IMG/VR virus record: IMGVR_UViG_3300027777_000022 | Strand: one strand, 5' to 3' | Length of the DNA: 64,000 nt | Source: a virus | Taxonomy: Duplodnaviria > Heunggongvirae > Uroviricota > Caudoviricetes | Shown: positions 38,799 through 49,100 of the stretch, in pieces | Layout: every line of letters starts with the position of its first letter | How positions within the stretch are numbered: the stretch's first letter is position 1 | Notes under the pieces: model-generated | Told to the model about the DNA's origin: nothing | Seen by the model: only the letters and a program-made list of their open reading frames with translations | Databases searched by the model: none | Made by a program: the position numbers and the translations under genes

Positions 38799-39293
38799 TT
38801 AGCCTTTTTTGGCATTTGTCTTTCTATCGCCTAACAATCTATCCAGTAATTCATTACGATCTAACACATGGCCTTGTCCCGGCTGTGCTGCTGGTGCTCG
38901 ATCTGAATCCAATAGTTTGGCGTCTAGATTTGCTTTTTTCAATTGCAAATCAATCATTTTTAACTTCTTGTTGAGTTTGGCTTGTTTGGCTGTGAGTGCA
39001 TGCCCTAGCATAGCACCTGCTACACTAAAGATTTCAGCAGCAAATCGTGAATCCACATTCATCCCTAGTGACATCAACTCGTCAAACGATTCAGTTGCTT
39101 TTTTTGCCAAATCGTCCATTTCTAAATCAGATGCTTGTAAATCTCTAACCATCGGTAATGCAGAATCTATTTTATCAATGGTACTGTCAATTTCTGCTAA
39201 TGCTATTTTTGTTTCATCTATACTCAGTGAGTGTTCTTCAGAATCTAATTCGTCGGATCTCGGTAAGTCAAACAATTCTTCTAATTTTTTCAT
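38799..39293 (-). CDS. Putative terminase small subunit (gp16-like)
   Basis: Helical 164 aa; ..SRFAAEIFSVAGAML...KMIDLQLKK...DRNELL resembles the gp16 layout. Confidence 0.5.
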   Translation of the reverse strand: MKKLEELFDLPRSDELDSEEHSLSIDETKIALAEIDSTIDKIDSALPMVRDLQASDLEMDDLAKKATESFDELMSLGMNVDSRFAAEIFSVAGAMLGHALTAKQAKLNKKLKMIDLQLKKANLDAKLLDSDRAPAAQPGQGHVLDRNELLDRLLGDRKTNAKKG

Positions 39294-39300
39294 ACTATAT

Positions 39301-39948
39301 TTACCGGATTACTGTTGCCCGACAGTTATCTTCGTGCCAGCGAGAATAATTTCCTTTATTTGTAGTAATTCCGCAATGTTGACATGTGTACCTAGTTTGA
39401 TTTAAATTCTGTACTTGTGCATGTAATACAGATGGGTTATTTTGCAAATAAGTTTTTCTTTTTTTTCTCTGTTCTTGTTTGTTATCTTCATTTGCCCAAT
39501 ACGATTTTCCTGAAGTTGATAGTAGCGCCGATGTTGATTCTTTAACAGTTCTATCTCTGGTCTGCCAGGCAATTTTCATATTATTTTTTGTTCTTTGAGA
39601 TTTTGGTTTCCGGTTGAATGGTTGCGGAACACCTTTTGTTCTAATAGATTGTTGATTTTTCCATTCAGTTGTATGTTTATATCCAGCTGAACCATCACCG
39701 CCGTCAGACAGATTTCTAAGTATACCTGTTCCTGTATCTTTACGTCCATACCAACGTATTAATCTTCGTTCAATGGCTAATGCACCTAAATTGGTAAGAT
39801 TGTTTTCAACAATAATAATGCGATAGTCGTCCGAAGGAACTTTTACACGATGATCTTTGGCCCAGGCCCGTCCTGCTGTTCCTTTGCCTATATAGTATGG
39901 AGATAAGTCTGATTTACGCAAATAAGCGTAAACATAATAAGTATTCAT
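39301..39948 (-). mobile_element. Free-standing GIY-YIG homing endonuclease gene
   Basis: YYVYAY...YYIGKG..GR, E..LI..YGR, LRN..DGGDG; C-terminal CQHC...RWH..NC; AT-rich relative to flanks. Confidence 0.85.
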
Positions 39949-40008
39949 GCTGACATTCCTTTACAATGTTAGAGTCAGTGGATGTTGGTAGCATCGCGAC
40001 TGGCACTT

Positions 40009-40440
40009 TTATTTATTGCCGTTTACAAAAAGATCATGTTCTGTTAGTACACGGAAAGTCATTCCGTTTCGTCTAGCCCATTTGGTTGCCTGATGCCATT
40101 TGGCATGATTAATAGCTACTACTGCTCTATCTCTCTGAGACATCTTGCTTTCAATTACACTTTGATTTTTGGGTTTGATTTCAATTAATTCAGCTTTGAC
40201 TTGATCGGCTCTGGTTTTATATGTAATAAACACATCAGGAATATACATGGAGTTTTTTCCTGTAACTGGATTTATATAAGGTATAGCTATGCTTTCGCTG
40301 GCCCATTGCAACACAGCTTTGTTATTGTCACAAAATCTAAAAAATGCATGCTCCCATCCCGATCTGTATCTAGGTTGATTTTTCCCCACATACTTTTCTG
40401 GGTTGGTAATCACATACAAGCCGTTGGCCCAGCGGCTCAT
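40009..40440 (-). CDS. Head completion nuclease (T4 gp4-like, TnsA fold)
   Basis: NPEKYVG, YRSGWE, QWASE, YIPD, IEIKP, NHAKW. Confidence 0.88.
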   Translation of the reverse strand: MSRWANGLYVITNPEKYVGKNQPRYRSGWEHAFFRFCDNNKAVLQWASESIAIPYINPVTGKNSMYIPDVFITYKTRADQVKAELIEIKPKNQSVIESKMSQRDRAVVAINHAKWHQATKWARRNGMTFRVLTEHDLFVNGNK

Positions 40441-40799
40441 GCTAACACATTCCTTGCGGTGTAATAGTTGGGAGTTACACTAGAACCAAAACCCAACAAT
40501 GTGCTGCCACTTCTCAAATTGTTGAGATAGTAACATAGTGTTTGTGTGAGTTGAATTGAATCTTGCCCTTGTATATTTGCTAATATAGTCAGCACTGGTG
40601 TACGTGTTTGATCAGCTATTCTAAACAATGCCACAGTGAAATTGCCAGCAGCAAGGTCTGTAGTAAATACCGACTTCATGTAACTGAATACTATGTCATA
40701 TTCTTCTGCACTTACATAAGTTTCGTAGGCGTAGAATTGATCGTAGATTCTAACTGTGAGATCTACGTTGGTGTTGAGTGAGTTGACTGTTCCGCCCAT
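40437..40799 (-). CDS. Hypothetical protein
   Basis: 120-aa ORF, overlaps neighbouring genes on both sides. Confidence 0.75.
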   Translation of the reverse strand: MGGTVNSLNTNVDLTVRIYDQFYAYETYVSAEEYDIVFSYMKSVFTTDLAAGNFTVALFRIADQTRTPVLTILANIQGQDSIQLTQTLCYYLNNLRSGSTLLGFGSSVTPNYYTARNVLA

Positions 40800-41944
40800 T
40801 ATCTAGGTCCCGGTGGTCTTGGAAAAATAAATCCGCCGCTGCTGTTTTGAGCTTGTCTTACTGCGGCTGGAATACTGGTTCGTAATACGCTGTTGAGTGC
40901 AGCGTTGGCTTCTTCGTTCACAATTGATCGTATGGGAGCATCTTTGAAAGTGTTGTAGGCTGTTCCTGCTTTTTGTACAGCACCAATAACGCCTGCTACA
41001 CCGCCACTTTGCAAATCTTCTACAATACCAATACCAGCATCCAGTAATCCGCCTTGCCCCAACACAGTTTGTGTGCTACCCGGTCTTGCCAGGCTACTAC
41101 GAACATTGTCATAGTATGCAGGGTCGGCAAATCCAACCACGTTGGTATCTGGTCTAACTCCACCAATGGCACCTGTGTAATATTTTACAGTTTCGTATTC
41201 AATAGTCATTGAGTTTTGCATGGTACCGCTACCTTCACTGTAGTTGTAGGTGTCATGATCCCAGCTGCTGATCAGCGGATTGATCAAGGTATAACTGGCC
41301 CATTTATGTTGATTCATACCGTAAATGGTTATGTCTCTAAAAAATGGCGGTTTACCTGAAGTTTGATCTCCGCCTGACCCTACTCCATCACCGCCAGCAT
41401 TGCCTTGATCGTAGCTTTCGCCAACATATCCCCAGTCGTTGACCACTCTATCGTTGGCATAGATATCTCTAGCATTGTAGCTAAACCCTGGCAAGGTTTG
41501 AATAGGGCCAATTGATCCATTCTGTGCTGGTGGGCCATATGCTTGATTGGGATCCTTGTAGTAATAACTGTAATAGTTATACCACAGGTTGCGTATTAAG
41601 TCGCCACCGTCATCGTGAAATGTAGTTGTTACAGGCTGGTAGTTAATCTTCTTTTGAATAACTCGTTTGCGATTGTATTGATTCAGCGTTTCGGTTTCTA
41701 GTTTAAACTTAGGCAGTTGAATGGTCTTGACCATAAGCCCAATTGTGGCTTTTTCTGTGCTGTTGTACACCGCCGCTAGACTTGGAATCATTGATGTGTT
41801 GATATTGAAGTAGCAATGGAACAGGAATTTGTTCCGTGGTGCATACTCGTACCCATTGGTGCGAAAGGTCTTTGAAGCGTGGGCATAATCTTTAAGACCT
41901 TGCCCACCAAAAAAGCCTTTGAGGAAATCTTCTCCCCAGGCCAT
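40799..41944 (-). CDS. Tail-tube-related baseplate protein (gp48/gp54-like)
   Basis: VKTIQLPKF...NQYNRKR...YQPVTTTFHDD...LINPLISSWDHD...MTIEYE tube-fold pattern; follows the tube gene. Confidence 0.65.
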   Translation of the reverse strand: MAWGEDFLKGFFGGQGLKDYAHASKTFRTNGYEYAPRNKFLFHCYFNINTSMIPSLAAVYNSTEKATIGLMVKTIQLPKFKLETETLNQYNRKRVIQKKINYQPVTTTFHDDGGDLIRNLWYNYYSYYYKDPNQAYGPPAQNGSIGPIQTLPGFSYNARDIYANDRVVNDWGYVGESYDQGNAGGDGVGSGGDQTSGKPPFFRDITIYGMNQHKWASYTLINPLISSWDHDTYNYSEGSGTMQNSMTIEYETVKYYTGAIGGVRPDTNVVGFADPAYYDNVRSSLARPGSTQTVLGQGGLLDAGIGIVEDLQSGGVAGVIGAVQKAGTAYNTFKDAPIRSIVNEEANAALNSVLRTSIPAAVRQAQNSSGGFIFPRPPGPR

Positions 41945-41950
41945 ACAGTA

Positions 41951-42568
41951 TTATCCTGTAACTACGTCGTTGACCGTTCTAGCAATAGTGCTACCCACAC
42001 CAGTTCCGTTAGGTACTTGATTGGCATTGTCGTACACAATAGTCATAGCAATCTGCATGGGCTTGCTATCAGCATAGCTAGTGGTTCCGTAATCTGCCTG
42101 TGAAAGATAACAACCATACAGTTCCCATGTTTCTAGCACAACAGGTGTAGCAGCACCATTGCCACCGTCTAGCACTTCGTAACGTGTGGTAAACTTGTAG
42201 TCGATACCACTTGCTGCTGACGCCATTTCTAGGAAGTCCATCTGTTTTTGTAGTTGTTCACCAACCAGGCGGCTGACTGCACCTGATGCATCGTCACGTA
42301 GGTTACATGTGACATCGGCCCATTTGTATTTGCCAGCCAGCTTTAGATCACTGTTGTAAATTGGAATAACGATGGGATCAAAACTCAAGGTAGGGCGCTT
42401 GAAGTCTATCACCTGTTTGGTAAGTTCTGTTCGGGGTGTGCTTACTCCAAAGTTTTCAAATATCACTCGAAAGCGATAGCTGAGTTTGGGCATGAGCAAG
42501 CCTTGATTGCTCGCGCTTTGATCGCTTGCCAAGGGCACTGTCATTCTTGTTAATGATGAAACGGCCAT
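41951..42568 (-). CDS. Tail tube protein (gp19-like)
   Basis: PKL.YRFRV, LAGKYKW, ETWELYGC, IVYDNA; directly after the sheath gene; own TAAATA and AGGAG. Confidence 0.8.
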   Translation of the reverse strand: MAVSSLTRMTVPLASDQSASNQGLLMPKLSYRFRVIFENFGVSTPRTELTKQVIDFKRPTLSFDPIVIPIYNSDLKLAGKYKWADVTCNLRDDASGAVSRLVGEQLQKQMDFLEMASAASGIDYKFTTRYEVLDGGNGAATPVVLETWELYGCYLSQADYGTTSYADSKPMQIAMTIVYDNANQVPNGTGVGSTIARTVNDVVTG

Positions 42569-42609
42569 ATTTGTAATCTCCTATGCAGTTATTTACCTCT
42601 GTTGAGGTC

Positions 42610-42638
42610 AAAAGAAATGGGGTGTTTCCACCCCATTT
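42610..42638 (-). terminator. Rho-independent terminator after the sheath gene
   Basis: AAATGGGGTG-gaaa-CACCCCATTT followed by CTTTT. Confidence 0.8.
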
Positions 42639-42656
42639 TCTAGTCTAGCGGTATCG

Positions 42657-45600
42657 TTAGATAGAAGTTTGCGTGGCGCTTTGTGAGTTAGCAATAGCAC
42701 CAGTTGCTTTGATACGCAATGGAATATAGATAAATTCCACAGCCTTCACAGGTTCGATAGCAATATCAACCCACAGTTCGTTGGCATCAATTCTGGCAGG
42801 TGTGTTGTTTGAATCATCACAGATTACCAAGAAGTCATAGATACCACGTTTGGCCACAAGATCAATACATAATCCATTCACTGCATTGGTCATCTCATTG
42901 CGAGTGATTTGGTCATTGGGTTCAAACAAAAACTGTTTACCAATTTGTTCAAGTCTACCGCGCATGAATGCAACCAGTCGTGCTACATTGATACGATCCA
43001 ATGCACTGTCTACACCGTAAATGGTCTTGTTACCAAAGTTGGTAATGCCCACTCCTGGAATGAATGTGATTGGATTGATTTTGTTGATGTACTCAATGTC
43101 ACGTAGACCTTGATTATTACCAATTGTAACAAACTCACCAGTGATAGAATTAATATAACCAATTCTGGCAGCATTGTCAATCACACCACGTCGTGTGCCA
43201 GCTGGTGCCAACCACGGATAGCTGACTGAATCACTACGTATGATAGTACGTACCATCATGTGACTAGGTGCAGTAACCACTGCACTACCACCAAGGTCAG
43301 TGGTCTGGCAACTTGGATAGAACACTGCGGCATATGGAGTACTGGTTGTTAATCCATCTTCTGCAAATAGTCCCGTTCCGGCTCCTGTTCCACCATTGTT
43401 TGTGGCCCAGGCAGCAATATCTGTACCGTTTGATCCCAGGCGCATTGGTGTATCACCTACCACAAATGCAGTGTTGTTACGCTCATTGCTGAGCGCTACC
43501 ATGTTGGGAATCAATTCTGGATATGCAGTACATGCCACCAAGTTAAACTGTGCTTGTTCTTCACGTGCTGTAACGCTGGTGTCAATACCAGATTTCAATG
43601 CAGCCACAATCAATGCACGTTGAGCAAAACGTCCCATATATGCCGATCCATCAACCCTGTTGCCCGATGCAGTTACCCATGAGTTAGTCTGCAACAAATC
43701 CCAGTACGAAGTTTGTGTGGCTGGATTTTGATTATTACCAGCTTGGATAGCCACATATAATACTGCGTCGTACAAAACTTGGTCTCCTACTGCATAGGTA
43801 GTAGAACTAGACCATGTTGAATAGCTAAAGCTACTGGCATTAAAGTAATCAACCTGGAAACTCTTGACATTGTAACCTGATCGACGTGTGTTCCATAGCA
43901 GCATACCTGCGGGATATAATGCAGGATCAGGTGCATCCACATCCAGATAGTTGCTGGTCAACAAGCTAGTGATCGACGGCAGATTGTCTGTGATAGGATT
44001 TACTGTTCCTGTTGTACTCCAACGAGCATCTGCAAACAAAATACCATTTGAAGTCTGTTGATCAGTGTTGTCCAGAGTCACCCATTGATTTACACCTTCA
44101 ACCACTTGCCAACGATTCAACAATGGATACCGTTCAAGGTCGCTGGTATCAACCCATAAGTCACCGTATACCAACACTGTACCATCTGTTTGGGTAGTAG
44201 GTGCAGTAGCCGAAATAATAGGGCCAGTTGGGTTAGTGGTGCTTAGATTGTAACCACGTGTGTCGTTGGTATCGTTTTGATACCCAACCCACGCAGTTCC
44301 AGTATTGATCATGATATCAACTTGACTTGGGCTGCTGTAATACCAGTAGGTTCCGTCAGCAGGATCTTGATCGGGTGCCACAGCACTGGCTGTGTAATCC
44401 AATGGAATCCAGCTGCTGAGTTGCAAGTAAGCAATTTGATCGCCATCAACAATGTTGCGGCAACCTGTGGTACTGGTTGCAAACCCAGCAGTTGTTACCG
44501 GAGTTCCAGTGACATTTTGCAGCAAGATAACACCACCTTGAGTTTGTGTCAACACAATTGCACCAGTTGAATTGACAGAAGCTACCACATATGGTAAACC
44601 TGCAGAACTCACAGCAGTATTAAATGCTGCTGCATCAGTGCCATTGATGGTTACTGTTACAGTAGCAGTCAAACTGGTAGAGTTTGCAATGCTTGTGGTA
44701 ATAGTAAATTGATTGCCATTTACAAATGTGGGCACAGCCACACTACCTGTAACAATTGTGGCACCTTGACTGGCTCGTTTAAACACCTGCAATGTGTAAG
44801 TGTTATTGTAAGGAAGTTCACTTTGAATTTCTACCCACCAAATGCTGCTCAGCGCAGCCGGATTGTGATTGACATTAGCACTTTGTAAAGACTGATATGT
44901 TAAATTATTGTATATTACTCGAGTTCCTGCTGCATAAGTTGTAGCAGCACTCCAAGTAGCATACCCAGTTGATGCAGGATTTACATTGTATTGTGTGTAG
45001 GTATTTCCAGCAGCAATATTTTTACCGCCACCTGTTGCATCCAATGCTGCATTGGCATTCCAGTCATTTTCGTAAACTGGGGCAGCTTGTTGTACCCAGC
45101 TACCCAACGGTGTGCTGTATTTTTGCACTACCATCGATGTACCTAGATTTTGCACAGTTGTTTTGTTCCACACACTACCTGTAGGACGTGGTGTGGTATC
45201 TGTGGCTAACCAACGTGGGAATGTGTAGTTAGGACTTTGTTGCAGACCAGGAGCATAGTATGTGGTGTCTGCTGTGAGACCCAGTGTGGTTAACAATGCT
45301 GGAGTTGATCCAGTCAAAGTTATAACAATAGCACCATCATCTGCTGTGGATCCGTCTGCTGTGGCAGTGCTGTTGGCAAACAAGCAAAGTTTGTTGCTGA
45401 TCACCGCTGAATAAACACCAGTGATACTAGCACTATTGATAGCTGCGCTAAGTCCCTGTATGGTGTTGTTGGTAGAAACAGGAACTGCCACACTAGTACC
45501 GTTGATCACAATAGTGTTACCTGCAGTCAATGCTGTGGTCACGGCATTGGCACCTTGGATAGCTGGCCAACTCAATTTCCATTCGTCGCTGCCTACCAGG

Positions 45601-46265
45601 ACCCAATTGTTATACAAACTAGTTAATGTAGTAGAATTGTAACTAGCAACTGTAGCCACTGCACCATTTTTATAGTAAAGTGGATTTTGAACGTTGGTAG
45701 CAACAATAGCATAACCATTGATAATGCCATAATCTTGCAACGGTACACCATTTAGCAATTCAGTTGTGCTGGTAATAACTGAAGGAATCCGGTTGGTAAA
45801 TGCACCTGTGGTTTGATTCCATTCAAAAATACCCCATTGACTTGTTGCGGTATTCAGCCAGTACGTACCGTTATCTGGTTCGCCTGTTGGACGTACCAAT
45901 GTGGCTGTGAGCTGGGTAAGATCAATATCCACACGTTGTACATACGCACGATTGGTAACACCCAATGCGCTAAACGCTGCTAACAAACCATATTCATTCA
46001 ATTCATATCCATTGATTGGAGTACCAATTGTGGTCTTGTAGAAAAACGGATTGCCAAATGTGGCTGCAAGATCACGTTGACTGGTGATCTGATAAACACG
46101 ATTAGAATTGATTTTGAGTGTGCCTGCTGCTACACCAACGCCGCTGCCAGACACTTTGTTCTGTGCTGTGGCAATAAGAAAATACGGTACTGAATTAGTA
46201 GCGGCTGGAAGATATTGACTTTCGTCAATCACTGTGACTTGGACTCCGGGTGATACTAGTGCCAT
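42657..46265 (-). CDS. Tail sheath protein (gp18-like) with large insertions
   Basis: MALVSPGVQVTVIDES, FGNP, WLAPAGTRRG, INPI, GNKT, LDRINVARL, FEPND, PVKAVEFIYI. Confidence 0.95.
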   Translation of the reverse strand: MALVSPGVQVTVIDESQYLPAATNSVPYFLIATAQNKVSGSGVGVAAGTLKINSNRVYQITSQRDLAATFGNPFFYKTTIGTPINGYELNEYGLLAAFSALGVTNRAYVQRVDIDLTQLTATLVRPTGEPDNGTYWLNTATSQWGIFEWNQTTGAFTNRIPSVITSTTELLNGVPLQDYGIINGYAIVATNVQNPLYYKNGAVATVASYNSTTLTSLYNNWVLVGSDEWKLSWPAIQGANAVTTALTAGNTIVINGTSVAVPVSTNNTIQGLSAAINSASITGVYSAVISNKLCLFANSTATADGSTADDGAIVITLTGSTPALLTTLGLTADTTYYAPGLQQSPNYTFPRWLATDTTPRPTGSVWNKTTVQNLGTSMVVQKYSTPLGSWVQQAAPVYENDWNANAALDATGGGKNIAAGNTYTQYNVNPASTGYATWSAATTYAAGTRVIYNNLTYQSLQSANVNHNPAALSSIWWVEIQSELPYNNTYTLQVFKRASQGATIVTGSVAVPTFVNGNQFTITTSIANSTSLTATVTVTINGTDAAAFNTAVSSAGLPYVVASVNSTGAIVLTQTQGGVILLQNVTGTPVTTAGFATSTTGCRNIVDGDQIAYLQLSSWIPLDYTASAVAPDQDPADGTYWYYSSPSQVDIMINTGTAWVGYQNDTNDTRGYNLSTTNPTGPIISATAPTTQTDGTVLVYGDLWVDTSDLERYPLLNRWQVVEGVNQWVTLDNTDQQTSNGILFADARWSTTGTVNPITDNLPSITSLLTSNYLDVDAPDPALYPAGMLLWNTRRSGYNVKSFQVDYFNASSFSYSTWSSSTTYAVGDQVLYDAVLYVAIQAGNNQNPATQTSYWDLLQTNSWVTASGNRVDGSAYMGRFAQRALIVAALKSGIDTSVTAREEQAQFNLVACTAYPELIPNMVALSNERNNTAFVVGDTPMRLGSNGTDIAAWATNNGGTGAGTGLFAEDGLTTSTPYAAVFYPSCQTTDLGGSAVVTAPSHMMVRTIIRSDSVSYPWLAPAGTRRGVIDNAARIGYINSITGEFVTIGNNQGLRDIEYINKINPITFIPGVGITNFGNKTIYGVDSALDRINVARLVAFMRGRLEQIGKQFLFEPNDQITRNEMTNAVNGLCIDLVAKRGIYDFLVICDDSNNTPARIDANELWVDIAIEPVKAVEFIYIPLRIKATGAIANSQSATQTSI

Positions 46266-46292
46266 GGTGGCTCCTTTAAAAACTGTTACAGA

Positions 46293-46358
46293 TATTTATC
46301 GGATGTCACCAAAAGTCATGGTGTTGCGATGCCCTTTGCAAAGGTTTTGAGATAAATA
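46293..46358. promoter_or_regulatory. Divergent late-type TAAATA promoters
   Basis: Minus 46293-46298 (sheath) and plus 46353-46358 (4 nt before ATG 46363). Confidence 0.7.
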
Positions 46359-46362
46359 CTGC

Positions 46363-46707
46363 ATGAGACCCATGTGCAATGTATGCAATCAACGGCTGGT
46401 AGCGGTAAACTATCGCAAAGATGATGTTGTTCATTATCGATCAAGATGTGACCGATGTATCAAACAAAAAAAGAAAATTCGTCCTCCAGACGCATTGTGG
46501 AAAAAAGCAGGCTACAAGAAAAAACCCACATGCGATCGCTGTGGGTTCAAATCTAAACTGACCAGTCAAACTCTAGTGTATCACATGGACAGTAACATGC
46601 AAAATGTTGCGTTGACCAATCTTAGAACTGTATGCTTGAATTGTGTAGAGGAGGTTAAGCGGCTTGATGTTCCGTGGGTACCAAATCCACTACAAGCAGA
46701 TCGTTGA
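46363..46707 (+). CDS. Zn-binding protein with degenerate HNH-like motif
   Basis: Four CxxC pairs; VYHMDSNMQNVALTNLRTVCLNC. Confidence 0.65.
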   Translation: MRPMCNVCNQRLVAVNYRKDDVVHYRSRCDRCIKQKKKIRPPDALWKKAGYKKKPTCDRCGFKSKLTSQTLVYHMDSNMQNVALTNLRTVCLNCVEEVKRLDVPWVPNPLQADR

Positions 46708-47302
46708 GTTGGCTGTATAGGCTAGCAACTGTACCGTTGTTTTCCACCACATGATCAAACTCAGTACCAGCCCAAGAATACTCACTGGCATGAATACCTT
46801 GTTGTTCTAACCAACGCAATGCTGCTGTGTCCCCACGATTGGCCTGTGCTGCAATATTGTACCAGTGAGGAGTAATTCCACGCTGAATCCAAATCACTCG
46901 GCCACCTTGATTCTTGATTGCTGCCACTTCATTGCGGAATCTACAATCCGAAATCACGGTATTATTGCCAGTGCGACGCAGTTTGTTTTCTAAACTGGCA
47001 ATCCAAATGTCCGTGTGAAACGCATTTCTACATACTTCTGTGCCCCAGTTTTGCAATATCCATCGTGGAGTTAGAGCAGGCATGCTCAAACGATTGCTCC
47101 ACCAAGGATCAACTTGTTCTCGCCATTCTCTAGCTTCTTTGGTACGCCCTTCTAGCAATTCACGATCCCATCCAAACACCGCAGCCACAGCATCTTTTAG
47201 TGTGTTAGCAAATGAGTCTCGACGAAACTCGTGAAAGTTTACCAAATAGTCAGCAGCAGTGTCTTTACCTGCACCAATCAGTCCACAAATACCAATGATC
47301 AT
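46655..47302 (-). CDS. Deoxynucleoside monophosphate kinase (T4 gp1-like)
   Basis: MIIGICGLIGAGKDT, FANTLKD, TPRWILQ.WGTE, ISDCRFRNE, HASE; start moved to ATG 47302. Confidence 0.9.
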   Translation of the reverse strand: MIIGICGLIGAGKDTAADYLVNFHEFRRDSFANTLKDAVAAVFGWDRELLEGRTKEAREWREQVDPWWSNRLSMPALTPRWILQNWGTEVCRNAFHTDIWIASLENKLRRTGNNTVISDCRFRNEVAAIKNQGGRVIWIQRGITPHWYNIAAQANRGDTAALRWLEQQGIHASEYSWAGTEFDHVVENNGTVASLYSQLNDLLVVDLVPTEHQAA

Positions 47303-47787
47303 TTCAGGATCTCCTGCAACCATACATGGCACTCAGGCCACTGTCTGTAAATATGAGCCCGGCCACCGGCTCTGACCCACTCTTCACAATTACTAACACG
47401 GTCATCAATCAAGATATCCCCAGGCTCACAGTGTCGCCACTTGTCATGACTGAATGGACCAAAAAGTACAGGAATACCCGGAAAGCGTTCAAATGCCCAC
47501 AAAACTTTGTCATAACTGGCAAATGGCACACTGTAGTCATGCGGCAGTGCTGTCAAGAAATTCAAGTCTTTGATTTGACCTTTACTCAACAAGTCCTGGC
47601 AGTATTCAACCAACTCATATGCGCCGGGCTTGATGGGCAAGTCACGATAGAAACGTTGTTTGGCTTTGACTTTATCCCAATCTGTATCTGGTATACGTTC
47701 ACCATATTCCCAATTGCGATTGACAATTGCTCGGGCAGCGGGCATCCAGTCGGCGACTACGTCGTCCATGTCTAGGTAAATTTTCAT
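47299..47787 (-). CDS. 5'(3')-deoxyribonucleotidase (HAD, NT5C-like)
   Basis: YLDMDDVVAD, LTA, K..W, LIDDR. Confidence 0.85.
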   Translation of the reverse strand: MKIYLDMDDVVADWMPAARAIVNRNWEYGERIPDTDWDKVKAKQRFYRDLPIKPGAYELVEYCQDLLSKGQIKDLNFLTALPHDYSVPFASYDKVLWAFERFPGIPVLFGPFSHDKWRHCEPGDILIDDRVSNCEEWVRAGGRAHIYRQWPECHVWLQEILK

Positions 47788-48308
47788 ACTAATCTTTCAA
47801 CGTTAAGGTGTTTAAGGGTGGCTTGCAGTAGATCAATCTGCCGTCGGCAATCTTCTAATGCATGATGGCTTGCTGGAGGCTTGCCTAGATCAGGGTACAG
47901 TGAATATACTGTTCTTGCATCTCTTACTTTGTAGTATTTCCAAGGCAGGGGTCGATCAAAACTCTTGTAAGCGTGTTCCAATATGTTCATATCAAATGTA
48001 GGACCATTGGCCCAAATCAAGTTTGATTGCCAAATTAGTTTGCCTAGATCGTCTAGTGCTGAATCTAGTGAAACACGATTATCTTCGCCAAATGCTTCTT
48101 CTTGTGCTTCAGGTGGTTGAGTTGCCCACCAGTCTATGGTGCCTTGTTCAATGTTGCGGCCTGGTTGACTATCAGGATCAATTCGGGCATAGAAATACTG
48201 TGGATAGTATCCGGTACCCAGCGGGTTAAAACTCTGCGCAGCAATGGTAAGAATACATGCTTCTGGACCAGTGCTCACCGTTTCGATATCAATCATTAAA
48301 TCAGCCAT
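47784..48308 (-). CDS. DEDDh 3'-5' exonuclease (DexA/Rv2179c-like)
   Basis: MIDIET, WANGPTFD, RDART, HHALED. Confidence 0.88.
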   Translation of the reverse strand: MADLMIDIETVSTGPEACILTIAAQSFNPLGTGYYPQYFYARIDPDSQPGRNIEQGTIDWWATQPPEAQEEAFGEDNRVSLDSALDDLGKLIWQSNLIWANGPTFDMNILEHAYKSFDRPLPWKYYKVRDARTVYSLYPDLGKPPASHHALEDCRRQIDLLQATLKHLNVERLV

Positions 48309-48314
48309 GTTCTG

Positions 48315-48343
48315 ATTATAGCATAGATATCAGCCGATTACAA
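48315..48343 (-). promoter_or_regulatory. Sigma70-type promoter (leaderless)
   Basis: TTGTAA-N17-TATAAT with extended TG, 6 nt before ATG 48308. Confidence 0.7.
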
Positions 48344-49100
48344 AGGTTAATGGCTGTGAACCATCAACATAATTCACCAATTGTGAGATCAACGCATCCA
48401 TTTCGGCTTTGGCTTCACCCTTCATGGCAGCACCGTTGAGAGTTCCACCACCTTGCGGTCCGGCGATAGTGCCAAATTTCTCTCTTGCTTCACCTATGAT
48501 CATCTTGCTAGCCGCTACCAAGTAATCTTTGATCCATTGTTGAATCTGGAAGTCACTTAGCAATTGTATTTCGGGCTTGAGATTGTAGGTCCACAGCAGC
48601 ACTACTTCGCCACCGCCTGGGGGACTACGGATCAGCTGTAGTTTTTTAGTAACTGGATTCCATGTGTAGTTCAAGAATCCACCAAACATTCTAGCTGCTA
48701 GCTCTACGTATTGACTGTAGAAGTCGTATGTGGCCAGGCCACCGGACTGGTTAAAGTTGATTAGATACACATTCATCTGTGCTTGACTGAATGGATCAAA
48801 GTTTGACCCAAAAGGCCCAGATGCTATACCAAAACTGCGTTTGAAAATCTGTCTAACACTCTGCACTTCTTGGGGCAAAGTGTAGATGTTTTGTTGATTA
48901 ACCAGCTGCATGAAGCTGTAGCTTTCTTCATATGCATTGTTAGCACGTTGGCGGTAAGTGCCAATGGTCTTTTGATATGCAGCTTCAAAGTGCGCTGGGT
49001 CCAGTTCAATATCAATGATCTGGTGGCCCAGCATCAGGCGCACGTACTCAAACAAGTTGTTTTTGAGTGTTGTTAGGTCTATAGGTTGTTGTTCTTGCAT
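48330..49100 (-). CDS. Neck protein (T4 gp13-like)
   Basis: YVRLMLG..IIDIELD, WIKDY..A..K...GEAR.KF..I.GP.GG.TLNG. Confidence 0.85.
   Translation of the reverse strand: MQEQQPIDLTTLKNNLFEYVRLMLGHQIIDIELDPAHFEAAYQKTIGTYRQRANNAYEESYSFMQLVNQQNIYTLPQEVQSVRQIFKRSFGIASGPFGSNFDPFSQAQMNVYLINFNQSGGLATYDFYSQYVELAARMFGGFLNYTWNPVTKKLQLIRSPPGGGEVVLLWTYNLKPEIQLLSDFQIQQWIKDYLVAASKMIIGEAREKFGTIAGPQGGGTLNGAAMKGEAKAEMDALISQLVNYVDGSQPLTFVIG

Noticed and set aside
36326-39405. Several long plus-strand ORFs (up to 198 aa) opposite late genes
   Set aside because: Fully antisense to well-supported genes, with no promoter, RBS or recognisable motif
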